DNA of 64,000 nt from the human T2T-CHM13v2.0 reference genome, Homo sapiens, in the NCBI RefSeq assembly GCF_009914755.1, contig NC_060929.1, one strand, 5' to 3'. The translations under genes were made by a program, and so were the position numbers. Shown here one piece after another: positions 10,101 to 40,427 of the stretch. The notes below the pieces were generated by a model that worked only from the letters and a program-made list of their open reading frames with translations, made no database searches and was not told the origin of the DNA. Position 1 is the stretch's first letter, and each line of letters starts with the position of its first letter.

Positions 10101-10385
10101 AATTTTTAAAGCTGTAATTATCTCCATCTGGTAGGAATATATATAATCTGAAATAAAAAATATATTTGTAATTGTTAGGACAAAATAGATTATACATTAA
10201 GTCTGCAAATTATAAATTATAAAATTCTCACAGAAACTGAAAAATTATTGATACTGTTAAATATTTAAAAAGCTGTCCTTGGAGAGAAAGAAACCTATCA
10301 GATTTACATCAACAAGTGTAATATATCAGCCTATTACCATCTGCTACAGACTGCATGATTGTGTTCCCTCAAAATTCATATGATA

Positions 10386-10695
<310 letters not shown>

Positions 10696-10932
10696 TCATA
10701 TGATAAAGCCCTAACCCCCAAGGTGAGGATACTGGGAGGCGTGGCCTTTAGGAGAGAATTAGGTTTAGATGAGGTCATGAGAATAGAGCCCCTATGGTGG
10801 CATTACTTCCTTTATAAGAAGAGACACTAGAGCTGCTTTTCTCCCTACCATGTGAGGATACTGAGAGAAGATGGCCATTTCCAATCTAGGAAGCAGGCCC
10901 TCTTTAAGAAACGTAATTTGCCAACACTTTGA

Positions 10933-11337
<405 letters not shown>

Positions 11338-11364
11338 TAAGATACCATCCTATAAGCTACAGAC

Positions 11365-11866
<502 letters not shown>

Positions 11867-12248
11867 TGTAGACAATATGAAATAAATATAAAGCAGTCTC
11901 AACTTTGGAAAAACAGAAGACTCTTACTGCCTCATAATATAGATGAAAAATGAAATACTAAGTTAAGTAAAATGTTCTTTAAAGAACAAAAACAAAAGAA
12001 AACCTAATGAAAGCTATAAAAGTCCATTGGATAATAATGCTACCAGTACTAAGGAAGTACAGCCCCTAAAAGTGACTTGCAGTCACAAATATAAAAATGA
12101 CTATTCAAGTGAACTCCTAAGGTAAAAATTTCTTATTCACCATGCTCCAAAATGGTCTGTAATATTCTTCAGAGATGGCATGGTGGGGGAGGCAAGTGGC
12201 ATCTCTGCCCAGAGAGAATACACAAGCAGAAAGTTCAACACAGCTTAC

Positions 12249-18138
<5,890 letters not shown>

Positions 18139-18247
18139 CTGCAGGAGGCAAGAGAGACCAGGGCTTAGGGAGGGACATGACCTGGGTCACACGAACAGGA
18201 ATGCCCCACAATGACCACTCCCAGGCACTCTCATTTGCTTCTGTTGC

Positions 18248-18865
<618 letters not shown>

Positions 18866-19384
18866 TAGATTAGATATATTATTAACGAATTGCTTCCTTT
18901 AACACGCTATTCATTGAATTTTCCAGTAAACCACAATTACTAATTACTCCTGAAATCAGAAAAGAGGTTAAAAAGATTTTATAACAGTATCTTATGAAAT
19001 CTACTACTTTCAAGTAATAGTAGTTGAATTACCAAAACCCGTCACTCAAGCCAATGACTACAATTAAGATATCAGTAATATTTCCTAGATAAATAAAGTC
19101 AATTAATTATATTTGCATCTGGGAAATAGAGAAAGTACATATAAGCCATGATTTTGAAGTCAAAAGAGAGAGAATATTTGGCAAGGAGGGGTGAGTTATA
19201 GTATGTAACTATAACATATAGTAGTTTTTTGTATGCTGGTAACTAATTTTAATTTCCTACATTTTTATGTAGATTTCTGCTATTCTTGTGCTGTTTTCCT
19301 AATCACCTTTCTATATGGATGACTACATAAGTCTGAGAATACCAAAAGAGACAGACACAGAACCAATCGGATTCCTTTCTTCTT

Positions 19385-20010
<626 letters not shown>

Positions 20011-20188
20011 TTTGAATTTTGTTTAAATCACTAACACATACTGGGCATTTAATAACAAAAAAAAGGACATGAGATTGTGATCCTTAGGAGGGTTTGAGAG
20101 GCATTTCACTAGGGTTCAACATAGAGCAGTCTGAAACATACTGTAATAATTTAATCCAATGGCTCATCTACAGCACCTAAAAAGATTA

Positions 20189-21095
<907 letters not shown>

Positions 21096-21760
21096 TATTT
21101 TCGTAGACAATCTAATCTCAGAAGATTTCAATTCAGACAAAAATCATGAGAATTACTGTATTACAAAAGGGCACTAGATAGGGGAAAAAGAGTAAAAATC
21201 ACAATTAAAACAAAGGTTCAAAATTCTGCAGCAACCATATCCAGTTACACTTTAATATGTTTGTGGCAGACTACATTATTGTTCCCAACTCATCACCCCT
21301 CCCTATATCTAAAACCTTTCCCCAAGACAATGCAGTTCCTCCTGCTAGAGATCAGGTATATTTATCTATACTATCAATGTTAGCCATGGACAAGGTATGT
21401 GCTTTGGCTGACTGAATGTTAGTGGACATGATAGAAGCAATGGCTTAAAATGTACTTCCAGAACTGGAGTTTCCTTGTGATTCTATCACTGTGACAAAAA
21501 CACATTCTCAGGTAGTCCACTGATCCAAGGGGGAACAAACACACAGAAAACATACCTAGACTCTATCTGCAGCTCGCAGCCTCACCAAGCCAGGAACAGT
21601 CAACTCACAGATATGTTAGCAAAAATAAATGTTTTTCGTACCTTAAGTTTTATATAATTATTGACCTATAGTTAACTGATATACAATATACATTAATCTT
21701 AAAATATCATTATCCCATTAAAAATATTTACATTAAAAACTGAGACCACTTTCTTTCCTC

Positions 21761-21795
<35 letters not shown>

Positions 21796-22227
21796 AGACA
21801 GGGTGTCTCAATGTTGCCCAAGCTGGAGTTCAGTGGCTAGTGGCTATTCACAAGAACGATCATCGCACACTACCTCAAACTCCTGGGATCAAGCAATCCT
21901 CCTGCCTCAGCTTTCCAAGTCGCTGGGACAATAAGTGTGTACCACAGCATGTCAGCTCTCTCTCTCCTTCTTGACCTAAAGCCTAGCATAAAATTAGCTA
22001 AGTAGAATGTTTCCAAAGATGCCTGCATCAGTATCTCCCATCCCACATAATTTCTGTTTGATTTTGCCATTCACCCATAAAATGGTGGGATCTACCTCCC
22101 CTCCTTGCAAATTTGAGCTGGCCCTCTGATCCTGTCTAAGATCTGAAGCCAGATATTAAGGTACTTCATTAATTTCCATGTTTGTCCTCTATGCAACCTA
22201 GCAATCAAGCCAGAAGTCAAAACATAC

Positions 22228-24341
22228 TGACATAGTTTGGATGGGTCCCCACCCAAATCTCACCTTGCATTGGAATAATTCCCACGTGTCAAGGGTGGGG
22301 CCAGGTGCAGATAACTGAATCATGGGGATGGTTCCCCCCATACTGTTCTCGTGGTAGTGACTAAGTCTCATGAGATCTGATGGTTTTATAAATGGGAGCT
22401 CCCCTGCACATGCTCTCTCCTGCCTTGCCACTATGTGAGACATGCTTTTGCACCTCCTTGCCTTCCACCATGATTGTGAGGCCTCCCCAGCCATGCAGAA
22501 CTGTGAGTCAATTCAACCTCTTTCCTTTATAAATTACCCAGTCTCAGGTATGTCTTTATTTGCAGTGTGAGAACAGACTAATACAATAAGTTGATACCAG
22601 TAGAGTGGGCTGCTGCTGTAAAGATACCCGAAAATGTGGAAGCAACTTTGGAAATGGGTAACAGGGAGAGGCTGGAACAGTTTGGAAGGCTCAGAAGAGG
22701 ATAGGAAAATGTGGGAAAGTTTGGAACTTCCTAGAGACTTGTTGAATGGCTTTGACCAAAATGTTAATAGTGATATGGACAATAAGGTCCAGGCGGAGGT
22801 GGTCTCAGAGGGAGATGAGGAATTTGTTGGGAAATGGAGTAAAGTCACTCTTACTATGCAAAGACACTGCAGGCACTGTGCACCTGTATTAGAAACGGGC
22901 ATAAGATAGGCGGGAAAGAGTCAAAATAAGAATTTTTTTCTAGAGTTCCCTAGAGATCTGTGGAACTTTGAACTTGAGAGAGATGATTTAAGGTATCTGA
23001 CAGAAGAAATTTCTAAGCAGCAAAGCATTCGAGAAGAAGCAGAGCATAAAAGTTCAGAAAATTTGTAGCCTGATGATGCAACAGAAAAGAAAAATCTATT
23101 TTCTCAGGAGACTGGGTTGTAGAAATTTGCATAAGTAATGAGGAGCCAAATGTTAATCACCAAGACAATGGGGCAAATGTCTCCAGGGCATGTTAGAGAC
23201 CCTCACAGCAGACCCTCCCATCACAGGCCAGGAGGCTTAGAAGGAAAAATGCTCTTGTGAGTCCGGAACCCCCTGCTGTGTGCAGCCTAGGAACCTGGTG
23301 CCCTGCATCCCAGCTGCTCCTGCCACAGGTAAAAGGGGCCAAGGTACACCTCAGGCCATGGCTTCAGAGGGTGCAAGTTCCAAGCCTTTCAGGTTCTAGG
23401 TGGTGTTAAGCCTGCAGATGCACCGAAGAATTAACGTTCATGAACCTCCGCCTAGATTTCAGAAGATGTATGAAAATGCCTGGAAATCCAGGCAAAAGTT
23501 TGCTGTGCACGGGAGCGGGGGGCCCTCATGGATAACCTCTGCTAGGGCAGTGTCAAAGGGAAATATGGGGTTGGAGCCCCCACACAGAGTCCCCACTGGG
23601 GTACTGCCAAGCAGAGCTGTCACAAAGGGGCCACCATCCTCCAGACCCCAGAATGGTAGATCCACTGACAGCTTGCACTGTGTGCCTGGAAAAGCTGCAG
23701 ACACTCAATGCAGCCAGAAGGGGGGGCCGTACCCTGCAAAGCCACAGGGGCGGGGCTGCCCAAGACCCTGGGAACCCACTTCTTGCATCACCTAGATGTG
23801 ACACATGGAGTCAAAGGAGGTCATTTTGGAGCTCTAAGATTTGCCTGCTGGGTTTTGGACTTGCATGGGGCCTGTAGCTCTTTCGCTTTGGCCAATTTCT
23901 CCCATTTGAAACGAGTGTATTTACCCAATGCCTGTATCCCTGTGTATCTAGAAAATAACTAACTTGCTTTTGGTTTTACAGGCTCACAGGTGGAAGGGAC
24001 TTGCCTTGTCTCAGATGAGACTTTGGACTATGGAATTTTGAGTTAATGCTGAAATAAGAGTTTGGGGGACTTAGGGGAAGGCACGATTGCTTTTGAAATA
24101 TGAGGACATGAGATTTGGGAGGGGCCGGGGAAGAATTATATGGTTTGGCTCTGTCCCCACCCAAATCTCATCTTGAATTGTAACAATTCCCATGTGTCAA
24201 GGGTGGGGCCAGGTGGAGATAACTGAATCATGGAGGCAGTTTCCCCCATGCTGTTCTCATGGTAGTGAATAAGTCTCATGAGGTCTGATGGTTTTATAAA
24301 TGGATGTTCCCCTGCACATGCTCTCTCCTGCCCACCATGTC
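22228..24341 (+). mobile_element. THE1 element with truncated 3' LTR (copy 2)
   Basis: Near-identical to 1777-3890. Confidence 0.92.
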
Positions 24342-25431
24342 TGACTAAATTTTGTATTTTTACTAGAGACGGGGTTTCACTATGTTGGCCAGGCTGGCCT
24401 CCAACTCCTGATCTCGTGATCCGTCCACCCCGACCTCCCAAAGTGCTAGGATTATAGGCATAAGCCACCACACCCGGCCTCTTTTTTTTCTTTTTCTTTT
24501 TTTTATCTGGAGACTGAGTTTTGCACTCGTTGCCCAGGCTGGAGTGCAATGGTGCGATCTCAGCTCACTGCAGTCTCCACCTCAGCAGGAGAGCAGGAAT
24601 CTTCAGTGATCCACGGGCAGATCTGCAGCCATTGTGGGCACCTGTTCCTCCCGCGACCTTTGTGCCCACGTCTCTCCCTCCAGTACCTATTGCACGACCC
24701 CCCACGTCCGCCTCCTGCCATTGCCAGCAAGTGCCTTGCGCGGGTACCTGGCTGCGCTTATTAATCCATTATGGTCGCTCTGTCACTGGTGCCATTATGT
24801 GCTCACGTGCCCACTCCCTCAGGTTTAGAAGTCGCGTCGCCCGGCAACAGAACAATCTGCTGGCTTAGCCTTTGGCCAAGTTGGCAGCTGGACGAGGACG
24901 CTCAGAGCCCAGCTCTCGAGAGTTCAAGTATCCGACAGTTCCCCACTGCTCCCAGGAGCGGTTACCCGGGCACTCTGTGCCCCTCATTCCTGTTTGGGCC
25001 AAGGCCGAGGACCTGCGAGTAGGGCTCAGTTGCCTGGAGCCCCTTCAGCCCATCGCCCAGTTCACTTTGCTTGTGGGATCTCCCCGTTGCTCCTGCCCCT
25101 GGACTGAGTGGCAGGCCATCCTACAAACACCCGGACACTCGACATCAGTGGTGTCAAGACAACTCTAAGAAGGTTTTCCGTGATCCTGCAAGACCTGTGT
25201 TCCATCCTGGTGATTCTCTCTTCAATTTCACTGCACAGGTACCACAGTAAGCCAGTGCTGTGTGCTCCGAATTCCAGGGCATCCCCCAGCTCAGCCACTA
25301 CACTCAGCACAAGGACTCTGTGGGGCCCAGGAGCAGGTAGTCACCCCTTTGGGCTCCTCAACACCCGGCTGTCCCCAGACTTGTGTCCAGGGAAGATAGT
25401 GTTGAGGGCCCTCAAGGAGAGCAGGGCAGGG

Positions 25432-28400
25432 ATGCCTGAGCAGGACAAGGACCCCAGAGTCCAAGAAAATCCTGATGATCACAGAACGGTCCCCGAGGTC
25501 ACCGGGGATGCACGGTCTGCATTTTGGCCCCTGCGGGACAATGGAGGCCTCTCTCCCTTTGTGCCCAGGCCCGGGCCTCTGCAGACAGACCTCCATGCCC
25601 AGAGCTCAGAAATCAGATATAACCAGACATCCCAGACATCCTGGACGAGCTCGAGCACCAAACGAAATGCTATCTCCAGCTCCTACAGCTCCACGGGAGG
25701 CTTGCCGGGGCTAAAGCAGAGGAGGGGACCAGCCTCATCCCGCTGCCAGCTGACCCTCAGTTACTCAAAGACAGTGAGTGAGGACAGGCCTCAGGCTGTC
25801 TCTTCGGGTCACACACGGTGTGAAAAGGCGGCAGATACAGCACCAGGGCAGACACTCGCCCCCAGGGGTGGCTCCCCCAGATCCCAGGCCTCTAGGCCCC
25901 GTAGACGCAAGATTCCCCTGCTGCCAAGCAGGCGAGGGGAGCCTTTGATGATGCCACCTCCCTTAGAGCTGGGGTACCGGGTCACGGCTGAAGACCTGCA
26001 CCTGGAAAAACAGGCGGCATTCCAGCGCATCAACAGTGCACTGCACGTTGAGGACAAGGCCATCTCGGACTGCAGACCCTCACGGCCTTCCCACACTTTG
26101 TCCTCACTTGCAACAGGGGCTTCGGGTGGGCCTCCCGTTTCTAAAGCACCCACTATGGATGCACAGCAGGACAGACCCAAGTCCCAAGACTGCCTGGGCC
26201 TAGTGGCCCCCCTAGCATCTGCTGCAGAGGTCTCCTCTACAGCTCCCGTGTCTGGGAAGAAGCAGAGACCACCAGGACCCCTGTTCTCCTCCTCAGATCC
26301 CCTTCCTGCCACCTCTTCCCACTCCCGGGACTCAGCCCAGGTCACCTCGATGATTCCTGCCCCCTTCACAGCTGCAAGCAGGGATGCCGGCATGAGAAGA
26401 ACAAGGTCGGCCCCTGCAGCTGCCGCAGCAGCCCCTCCCCCCTCCACATTGAACCCCACGTCGGGGTCACTACTCAATGCAGTGGATGGAGGCCCCTCAC
26501 ATTTCTTGGCCTCAGCCACAGCTGCAGCACGTGCCCAGAGGTCAGAAGTGAGATACAACCAGAGATCCCAGATCTCCCGGACCAGATCCTGCCTCAAACG
26601 AAATGCCAGCTCCAGCTCCCACAGCTCTACGGAAGGCCTCCCGGAACTAAAGCGGAGGAGGGGGCCAGCCTCATCCCACTGCCAGCTGGCCCACAGTTCC
26701 TCAAAGACAGTGAGTGAGGACGGACCTCAGGCTGTCTCTTCGGGTCACACCCGCTGTGAAAAGAGGGCAGATACAGCACCAGGGCAGACACTCGCCCCCA
26801 GGGGTGGCTCCCCCAGATCCCAGGCCTCTAGGCCCCACATCAACAGTGCACTGCACGTTGAGGACAAGGCCATCTCGGACTGCCGACCCTCGCGGCCTTC
26901 CCACACTTTGTCCTCACTTGCAACAGGGGCTTCGCGTGGGCCTCCCGTTTCTAAAGCACCCACTATGGATGCACAGCAGGACAGACCCAAGTCCCAAGAC
27001 TGCCTGGGCCTACTGGCCCCCCTAGCATCTGCTGCAGAGCTCCCCTCTACAGCTCCCGTGTCTGGGAAGAAACACAGACCACCAGGACCCCTGTTCTCCT
27101 CCTCAGATCCCCTTCCTGCCACCTCTTCCCACTCCCGGGACTCAGCCCAGGTCACCTCGATGATTCCTGCCCCCTTCACAGCTGCAAGCAGGGATGCCGG
27201 CATGAGAAGAACAAGGTCGGCTCCTGCAGCTGCCGCAGCAGCCCCTCCCCCCTCCACATTGAACCCCACGTCGGGGTCACTACTCAATGCAGTGGATGGA
27301 GGCCCCTCACATTTCTTGGCCTCAGCCACAGCTGCAGCACGTGCCCGGAGGTCACAAGTGAGATATAACCAGAGATCCCAGACCTCCCGAACCAGATACT
27401 GCCTCAAACGAAATGCCAGCTCCAGCTCCCACAGCTCTACGGAAGGCCTCCAGGAACTAAAGCGGAGGAGGGGGCCAGCCTCATCACACTGCCAGCTGGC
27501 CCTCAGTTCCTCAAACACAGTGAGTGAGGACGGACCTCAGGCTGTCTCTTCGCGTCACACCCGCTGTGAAAAGGCAGATACAGCACCAGGGCAGACACTC
27601 GCCCCCAGGGGTGGCTCCCCCAGATCCCAGGCCTCTAGGCCCCGCATCAACAGTGCACTGCACGTTGAGGACAAGGCCACCTCGGACTGCAGACCCTCAC
27701 GGCCTTCCCACACTTTGTCCTCACTTGCAACAGGGGCTTCGGGTGGGCCTCCCGTTTCTAAAGCACCCACTATGGATGCACAGCCGGACAAACTCAAGTC
27801 CCAAGACTGCCTGGGCCTAGTGGCCGCCCTAGCATCTGCTACAGAGGTCTCCTCTACAGCTCCCATGTCTGGGAAGAAGCACAGACCACCAGGACCCCTG
27901 TTCTCCTCCTCAGATCCCCTTCCTGCCACCTCTTCCCACTCCCAGGACTCAGCCCAGGTCACCTCGATGATTCCTGCCCCCTTCACAGCTGCAAGCAGGG
28001 ATGCCAGCATGAGAAGAACAAGGCCTGGCACCTCGGCTCCTGCAGCTGCCGCAGCAGCCCCTCCCCCCTCCACATTGAACCCCACGTCGGGGTCACTACT
28101 CAATGCAGTGGATGAAGGCCCCTCACATTTCTTGGCCTCAGCCACAGCTGCAGCACGTGCCCGGAGGTCACAAGTGAGATATAACCAGAGATCCCAGACC
28201 TCCCGGACCAGATCCTGCCTCAAACGAAATGCCAGCTCCAGCTCCCACAGCTCTACGGAAGGCCTCCAGGAACTAAAGCGGAGGAGGGGGCCAGCCTCAT
28301 CCCACTGCCAGCTGGCCCTCAGTTCCTCAAACACAGTGAGTGAGGACGGACCTCAGGCTGTCTCTTCGCGTGACACCCGCTGTGAAAAGGCAGATACAGC

Positions 28401-28929
28401 ACCAGGGCAGACACTCGCCCCCAGGGGTGGCTCCCCCAGATCCCAGGCCTCTAGGCCCCGCATCAACAGTGCACTGCACGTTGAGGACAAGGCCATCTCG
28501 GACTGCAGACCCTCACGGCCTTCCCACACTTTGTCCTCACTTGCAACAGGGGCTTCGGGTGGGCCTCCCGTTTCTAAAGCACCCACTATGGATGCACAGC
28601 AGGACAGACCCAAGTCCCAAGACTGCCTGGGCCTAGTGGCCCCCCTAGCATCTGCTGCAGAGGTCTCCTCTACAGCTCCCGTGTCTGGGAAGAAGCACAG
28701 ACCACCAGGACCCCTGTTCTCCTCCTCAGATCCCCTTCCGGCCACCTCTTCCCACTCCGGGGACTCAGCCCAGGACACCTCGCTGATTCCTGCCCCCTTC
28801 ACACCTGCAAGCAGGGATGCCGGCGTGAGAAGAATGTTTTGTGTTCGAAATTGTTTGAGGGGTTTGGGTTTATTTTTGTTGGTTTTTTCTCTTTTTTTTT
28901 TGCTTACATGGGCATCCTTCAGCTTTTAA
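25432..28929 (+). CDS. POM121-like protein 1-like ORF, 1165 aa (copy 2); frame is open from 25108
   Basis: Same protein as copy 1 except G>S in RDA(G/S)MRRTRPGT. Confidence 0.75.
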   Translation: MPEQDKDPRVQENPDDHRTVPEVTGDARSAFWPLRDNGGLSPFVPRPGPLQTDLHAQSSEIRYNQTSQTSWTSSSTKRNAISSSYSSTGGLPGLKQRRGPASSRCQLTLSYSKTVSEDRPQAVSSGHTRCEKAADTAPGQTLAPRGGSPRSQASRPRRRKIPLLPSRRGEPLMMPPPLELGYRVTAEDLHLEKQAAFQRINSALHVEDKAISDCRPSRPSHTLSSLATGASGGPPVSKAPTMDAQQDRPKSQDCLGLVAPLASAAEVSSTAPVSGKKQRPPGPLFSSSDPLPATSSHSRDSAQVTSMIPAPFTAASRDAGMRRTRSAPAAAAAAPPPSTLNPTSGSLLNAVDGGPSHFLASATAAARAQRSEVRYNQRSQISRTRSCLKRNASSSSHSSTEGLPELKRRRGPASSHCQLAHSSSKTVSEDGPQAVSSGHTRCEKRADTAPGQTLAPRGGSPRSQASRPHINSALHVEDKAISDCRPSRPSHTLSSLATGASRGPPVSKAPTMDAQQDRPKSQDCLGLLAPLASAAELPSTAPVSGKKHRPPGPLFSSSDPLPATSSHSRDSAQVTSMIPAPFTAASRDAGMRRTRSAPAAAAAAPPPSTLNPTSGSLLNAVDGGPSHFLASATAAARARRSQVRYNQRSQTSRTRYCLKRNASSSSHSSTEGLQELKRRRGPASSHCQLALSSSNTVSEDGPQAVSSRHTRCEKADTAPGQTLAPRGGSPRSQASRPRINSALHVEDKATSDCRPSRPSHTLSSLATGASGGPPVSKAPTMDAQPDKLKSQDCLGLVAALASATEVSSTAPMSGKKHRPPGPLFSSSDPLPATSSHSQDSAQVTSMIPAPFTAASRDASMRRTRPGTSAPAAAAAAPPPSTLNPTSGSLLNAVDEGPSHFLASATAAARARRSQVRYNQRSQTSRTRSCLKRNASSSSHSSTEGLQELKRRRGPASSHCQLALSSSNTVSEDGPQAVSSRDTRCEKADTAPGQTLAPRGGSPRSQASRPRINSALHVEDKAISDCRPSRPSHTLSSLATGASGGPPVSKAPTMDAQQDRPKSQDCLGLVAPLASAAEVSSTAPVSGKKHRPPGPLFSSSDPLPATSSHSGDSAQDTSLIPAPFTPASRDAGVRRMFCVRNCLRGLGLFLLVFSLFFLLTWASFSF

Positions 28930-30996
28930 TAATCTGAAAAACTCTATTTACCCATTGTCAATGTGTATAAATTAATCTGAGTCAATTTTATACAATAAAA
29001 GGTGAACTTTTATGCATGAAACAATAATTTAACAAAAAATGTACCTGAAGAAGAATGTTCATTACAAATACAGGAAACATAAATATTACCAAATATTGGC
29101 AAGCACTAAAATGTTCAGAAATATAAGTCTATTACAGTTATAGCTCTCTCAAGCAAAAAAACAGCAGAGAAAAACTTAGTTTACCTTAGGGGCTATTTAT
29201 TTACTTAGGGATTTGTTAAAAGGTCGAATGGGGTCACACAGAATACTAAGAAGAGCTGTTCACCCAGGCCTCACTAAGAACTCTTCTTCATTCAGTAGCT
29301 GTATAGTAACATGACAACTGCTCCTACGACCCAAAGAGGAACTACAGCAACTACTCTTTAGCATCTGTTGCTCCCAACTCTGCTTTGCAATTATATGACT
29401 CAAGCATTCTGGCTCCGTTAACTATTACTGCTGTTACTCCCAATTAAATTCCCTCTAAAAAATAAAAATTTTTAAAGCTCTAATTTAAGCTCTCTGCTGC
29501 CTCATGACTTCAATTCCATCAGAGTTATGCATTGTTTCCTCTGTACATCTTTGCTCTGCTTCCATTGCTAATTCCCTAGTAAAGTGTTGTATATTCAAAG
29601 TTCCAAAGAAACAGAATATCCAAGACATCACCAATCATCCAAAACACAGTGTAGGAGGCCACAGTTAAGAGAAGCAAGACCATTAGCTCTTTTTATAGGC
29701 TCGAGAACAACAGGATGCTTTGGTCCTGTATCAGCAGGACGCTTTTCGGGTAGATCCTACTGCCACCCTAGCTATGGGCACATGTCAGAGTCCCATGTAA
29801 TAAAGGAGACAAAAGGAAACCACCACGAGTATAAACTAAGAAAAGTACTCCAAGGTTTCTAAGAATGGAGCTGTATAACTCACTTTGCCCCATTTGTTAC
29901 TTCTCCACGGTACTTACCACCACCTATTACATATATTTTGTTTATAGTCAGTCTTCCCTCATTACAATGAAAGTTCCGTGAGGATAGGAATATACAGTCA
30001 GCCCTCAGTATCCATGGAGGACTAGTTTCAGGATCTCCTGAGGATAACAAAGGATACTCAAGTCCCTGATATAAAATGACATAGTATTTGCACATCACCT
30101 TTGCACATCCTCCCATATACTTCATATCAACTCTAGATCACTCATAATATCCGATGTAAATGTCATGCAAATAGTTATTGTACTATATTGTGTAAGGAAT
30201 AAGGACAAGAAAAAAGTCTGTACACGTTCAGTACAGACGCAATTTTTTTTTCCAATATTTCCAATCTTTGGTTGGCTTAACAGATGTAGAACCCAGGAAT
30301 AAGTTCTGGTGTCCTATTGCATAGTAGGATGAGTATAGTTAACAATAACATATTATGTATTTGAAAATAGCCAGAAGAGTAGATTTTGAATTTTCTCCCT
30401 ACAGAAAAATCATTATGCAAATTACCCTGATTTGATCATTACACATTGAGTACATGTATTAAAACATCACATTGTACCCCATATATATGTACAATTATTA
30501 TGTGTCCATAAAAATTTAATGTCAATATGTGAAATAAAATGAAAAAATAAAAATTTTTAAAGCTGTAATTATCTCCATCTGGTAGGAATATATATAATCT
30601 GAAATAAAAAATATATTTGTAATTGTTAGGACAAAATAGATTATATATTAAGTCTGCAAATTATAAATTATAAAATTCTCACAGAAACTGAAAAATTATT
30701 GATACTGTTAAATATTTAAAAAGCTGTCCTTGGAGAGAAAGAAACCTATCAGATTTACATCAACAAGTGTAATATATCAGCCTATTACCATCTGCTACAG
30801 ACTGCATGATTGTGTTCCCTCAAAATTCATATGATAGGCCGGGCGCGGTGGCTCATGCCTGTAATCCCAGCACTTTGGGAGGCCGAGGTGGGTGGATCAC
30901 GAGGTCAGGAGATGGAGATCATCCTGGCTAACATGGTAAAACCCCGTCTCTACTAAAAATACAAAAAATTAGCCGGGCGCAGTGGCGGGCGCCTTA

Positions 30997-31146
<150 letters not shown>

Positions 31147-31383
31147 TCATATGATAAAGCCCTAACCCCCAAGGTGAGGATACTGGGAGGCGTGGCCTTT
31201 AGGAGAGAATTAGGTTTAGATGAGGTCATGAGAATAGAGCCCCTATGGTGGCATTACTTCCTTTATAAGAAGAGACACTAGAGCTGCTTTTCTCCCTACC
31301 ATGTGAGGATACTGAGAGAAGATGGCCATTTCCAATCTAGGAAGCAGGCCCTCTTTAAGAAACGTAATTTGCCAACACTTTGA

Positions 31384-31788
<405 letters not shown>

Positions 31789-31950
31789 TAAGATACCATC
31801 CTATAAGCTACAGACCAGCACTATCCAATAGAACTTTATATGACGAGGAAATGTTTTATATCTGTGCTATCCCTTATGTTAGCCACTAGCCACATGTATC
31901 CATCAAGTATTTGAAATATGGCTAGTGCAACTAAAGAACTTAATTTTTAA

Positions 31951-32076
<126 letters not shown>

Positions 32077-32699
32077 TGAGTAGCTGGGACTGCAGGCGCC
32101 CGCCACCACGCCCGGCTAATTTTTTGTATTTTTAATAGAGATGGGGGTTCACCGTCTTAGTAAGGATGGTCTCGATCTCCTGACCTAATGATCTGCCCGC
32201 CTCGGCCTCCCAAAGTGCTGGGATTACAGGCGTGAGCCACCACGCCTGGCCAATTTTTATTTTATCTTATTTAAATAACCACATGTGGCTAGTGGCTAAT
32301 GTATTGAACACTACAGCTGTAGACAATATGAAATAAATATAAAGCAGTCTCAACTTTGGAAAAACAGAAGACTCTTACTGCCTCATAATATAGATGAAAA
32401 ATGAAATACTAAGTTAAGTAAAATGTTCTTTAAAGAACAAAAACAAAAGAAAACCTAATGAAAGCTATAAAAGTCCATTGGATAATAATGCTACCAGTAC
32501 TAAGGAAGTACAGCCCCTAAAAGTGACTTGCAGTCACAAATATAAAAATGACTATTCAAGTGAACTCCTAAGGTAAAAATTTCTTATTCACCATGCTCCA
32601 AAATGGTCTGTAATATTCTTCAGAGATGGCATGGTGGGGGAGGCAAGTGGCATCTCTGCCCAGAGAGAATACACAAGCAGAAAGTTCAACACAGCTTAC

Positions 32700-38579
<5,880 letters not shown>

Positions 38580-39028
38580 CTGCAGGAGGCAAGAGAGACC
38601 AGGGCTTAGGGAGGGACATGACCTGGGTCACACGAACAGGAATGCCCCACAATGACCACTCCCAGGCACTCTCATTTGCTTCTGTTGCTTTTTTTTTTTT
38701 TTTTTTTTTTGAGATAGAATCTCGCTCTGTCACCCAGGCTGGAGTGCAGTGGCATGATCTGGACTCACTGAAACCTCTGCCTCCCAGGTTCAAGTGATTC
38801 TCCTGCCTCAGCCTCTGGAATAGCTGGGATTACAGGCACCTGCCACCACATCCAGCTAATTTTTGTATTGTTAGTAGAGACCGGGTTTCACCACATTAGC
38901 CAGGATGGTCTTGATCTCCTGACCTCGTGATCCGCCTGCCTCGGCCTCCCAAAGTGCTGGGATTACAGGCTTGAGCCACCGTGCCCGGCCCTGAACCAAT
39001 GCGCCCGGCCCGCTTTTTTTTAATTTAA

Positions 39029-39307
<279 letters not shown>

Positions 39308-40136
39308 TAGATTAGATATATTATTAACGAATTGCTTCCTTTAACACGCTATTCATTGAATTTTCCAGTAAACCACAATTACTAATTACTCCTGAAATCA
39401 GAAAAGAGGTTAAAAAGATTTTATAACAGTATCTTATGAAATCTACTACTTTCAAGTAATAGTAGTTGAATTACCAAAACCCGTCACTCAAGCCAATGAC
39501 TACAATTAAGATATCAGTAATATTTCCTAGATAAATAAAGTCAATTAATTATATTTGCATCTGGGAAATAGAGAAAGTACATATAAGCCATGATTTTGAA
39601 GTCAAAAGAGAGAGAATATTTGGCAAGGAGGGGTGAGTTATAGTATGTAACTATAACATATAGTAGTTTTTTGTATGCTGGTAACTAATTTTAATTTCCT
39701 ACATTTTTATGTAGATTTCTGCTATTCTTGTGCTGTTTTCCTAATCACCTTTCTATATGGATGACTACATAAGTCTGAGAATACCAAAAGAGACAGACAC
39801 AGAACCAATCGGATTCCTTTCTTCTTGAAGCTTCTGCACAGCAGAAGAAACTGTCAACAGAGTGAACAGACAACCTACAGAATAGGAGAAAACTGTTGCA
39901 ACAATGCATGTGACAAAGATCTAATGTCCAACACTGATAATGAACTTAAACAAATTTACAAGAAAAAAAAATCTCATTAGAAAGTGGGCAAAGGACATAA
40001 ACAGACACTTCAAAAGAAGACACACATGCGGCCAACAAGCATATGAAAAAAAGCCCAATATCGCTGATCATTAGAGAAATGCAAATCAAAACCACAATGG
40101 CATACCATCTCACACCAGTCAGAATGGTTATTATTA

Positions 40137-40427
<291 letters not shown>

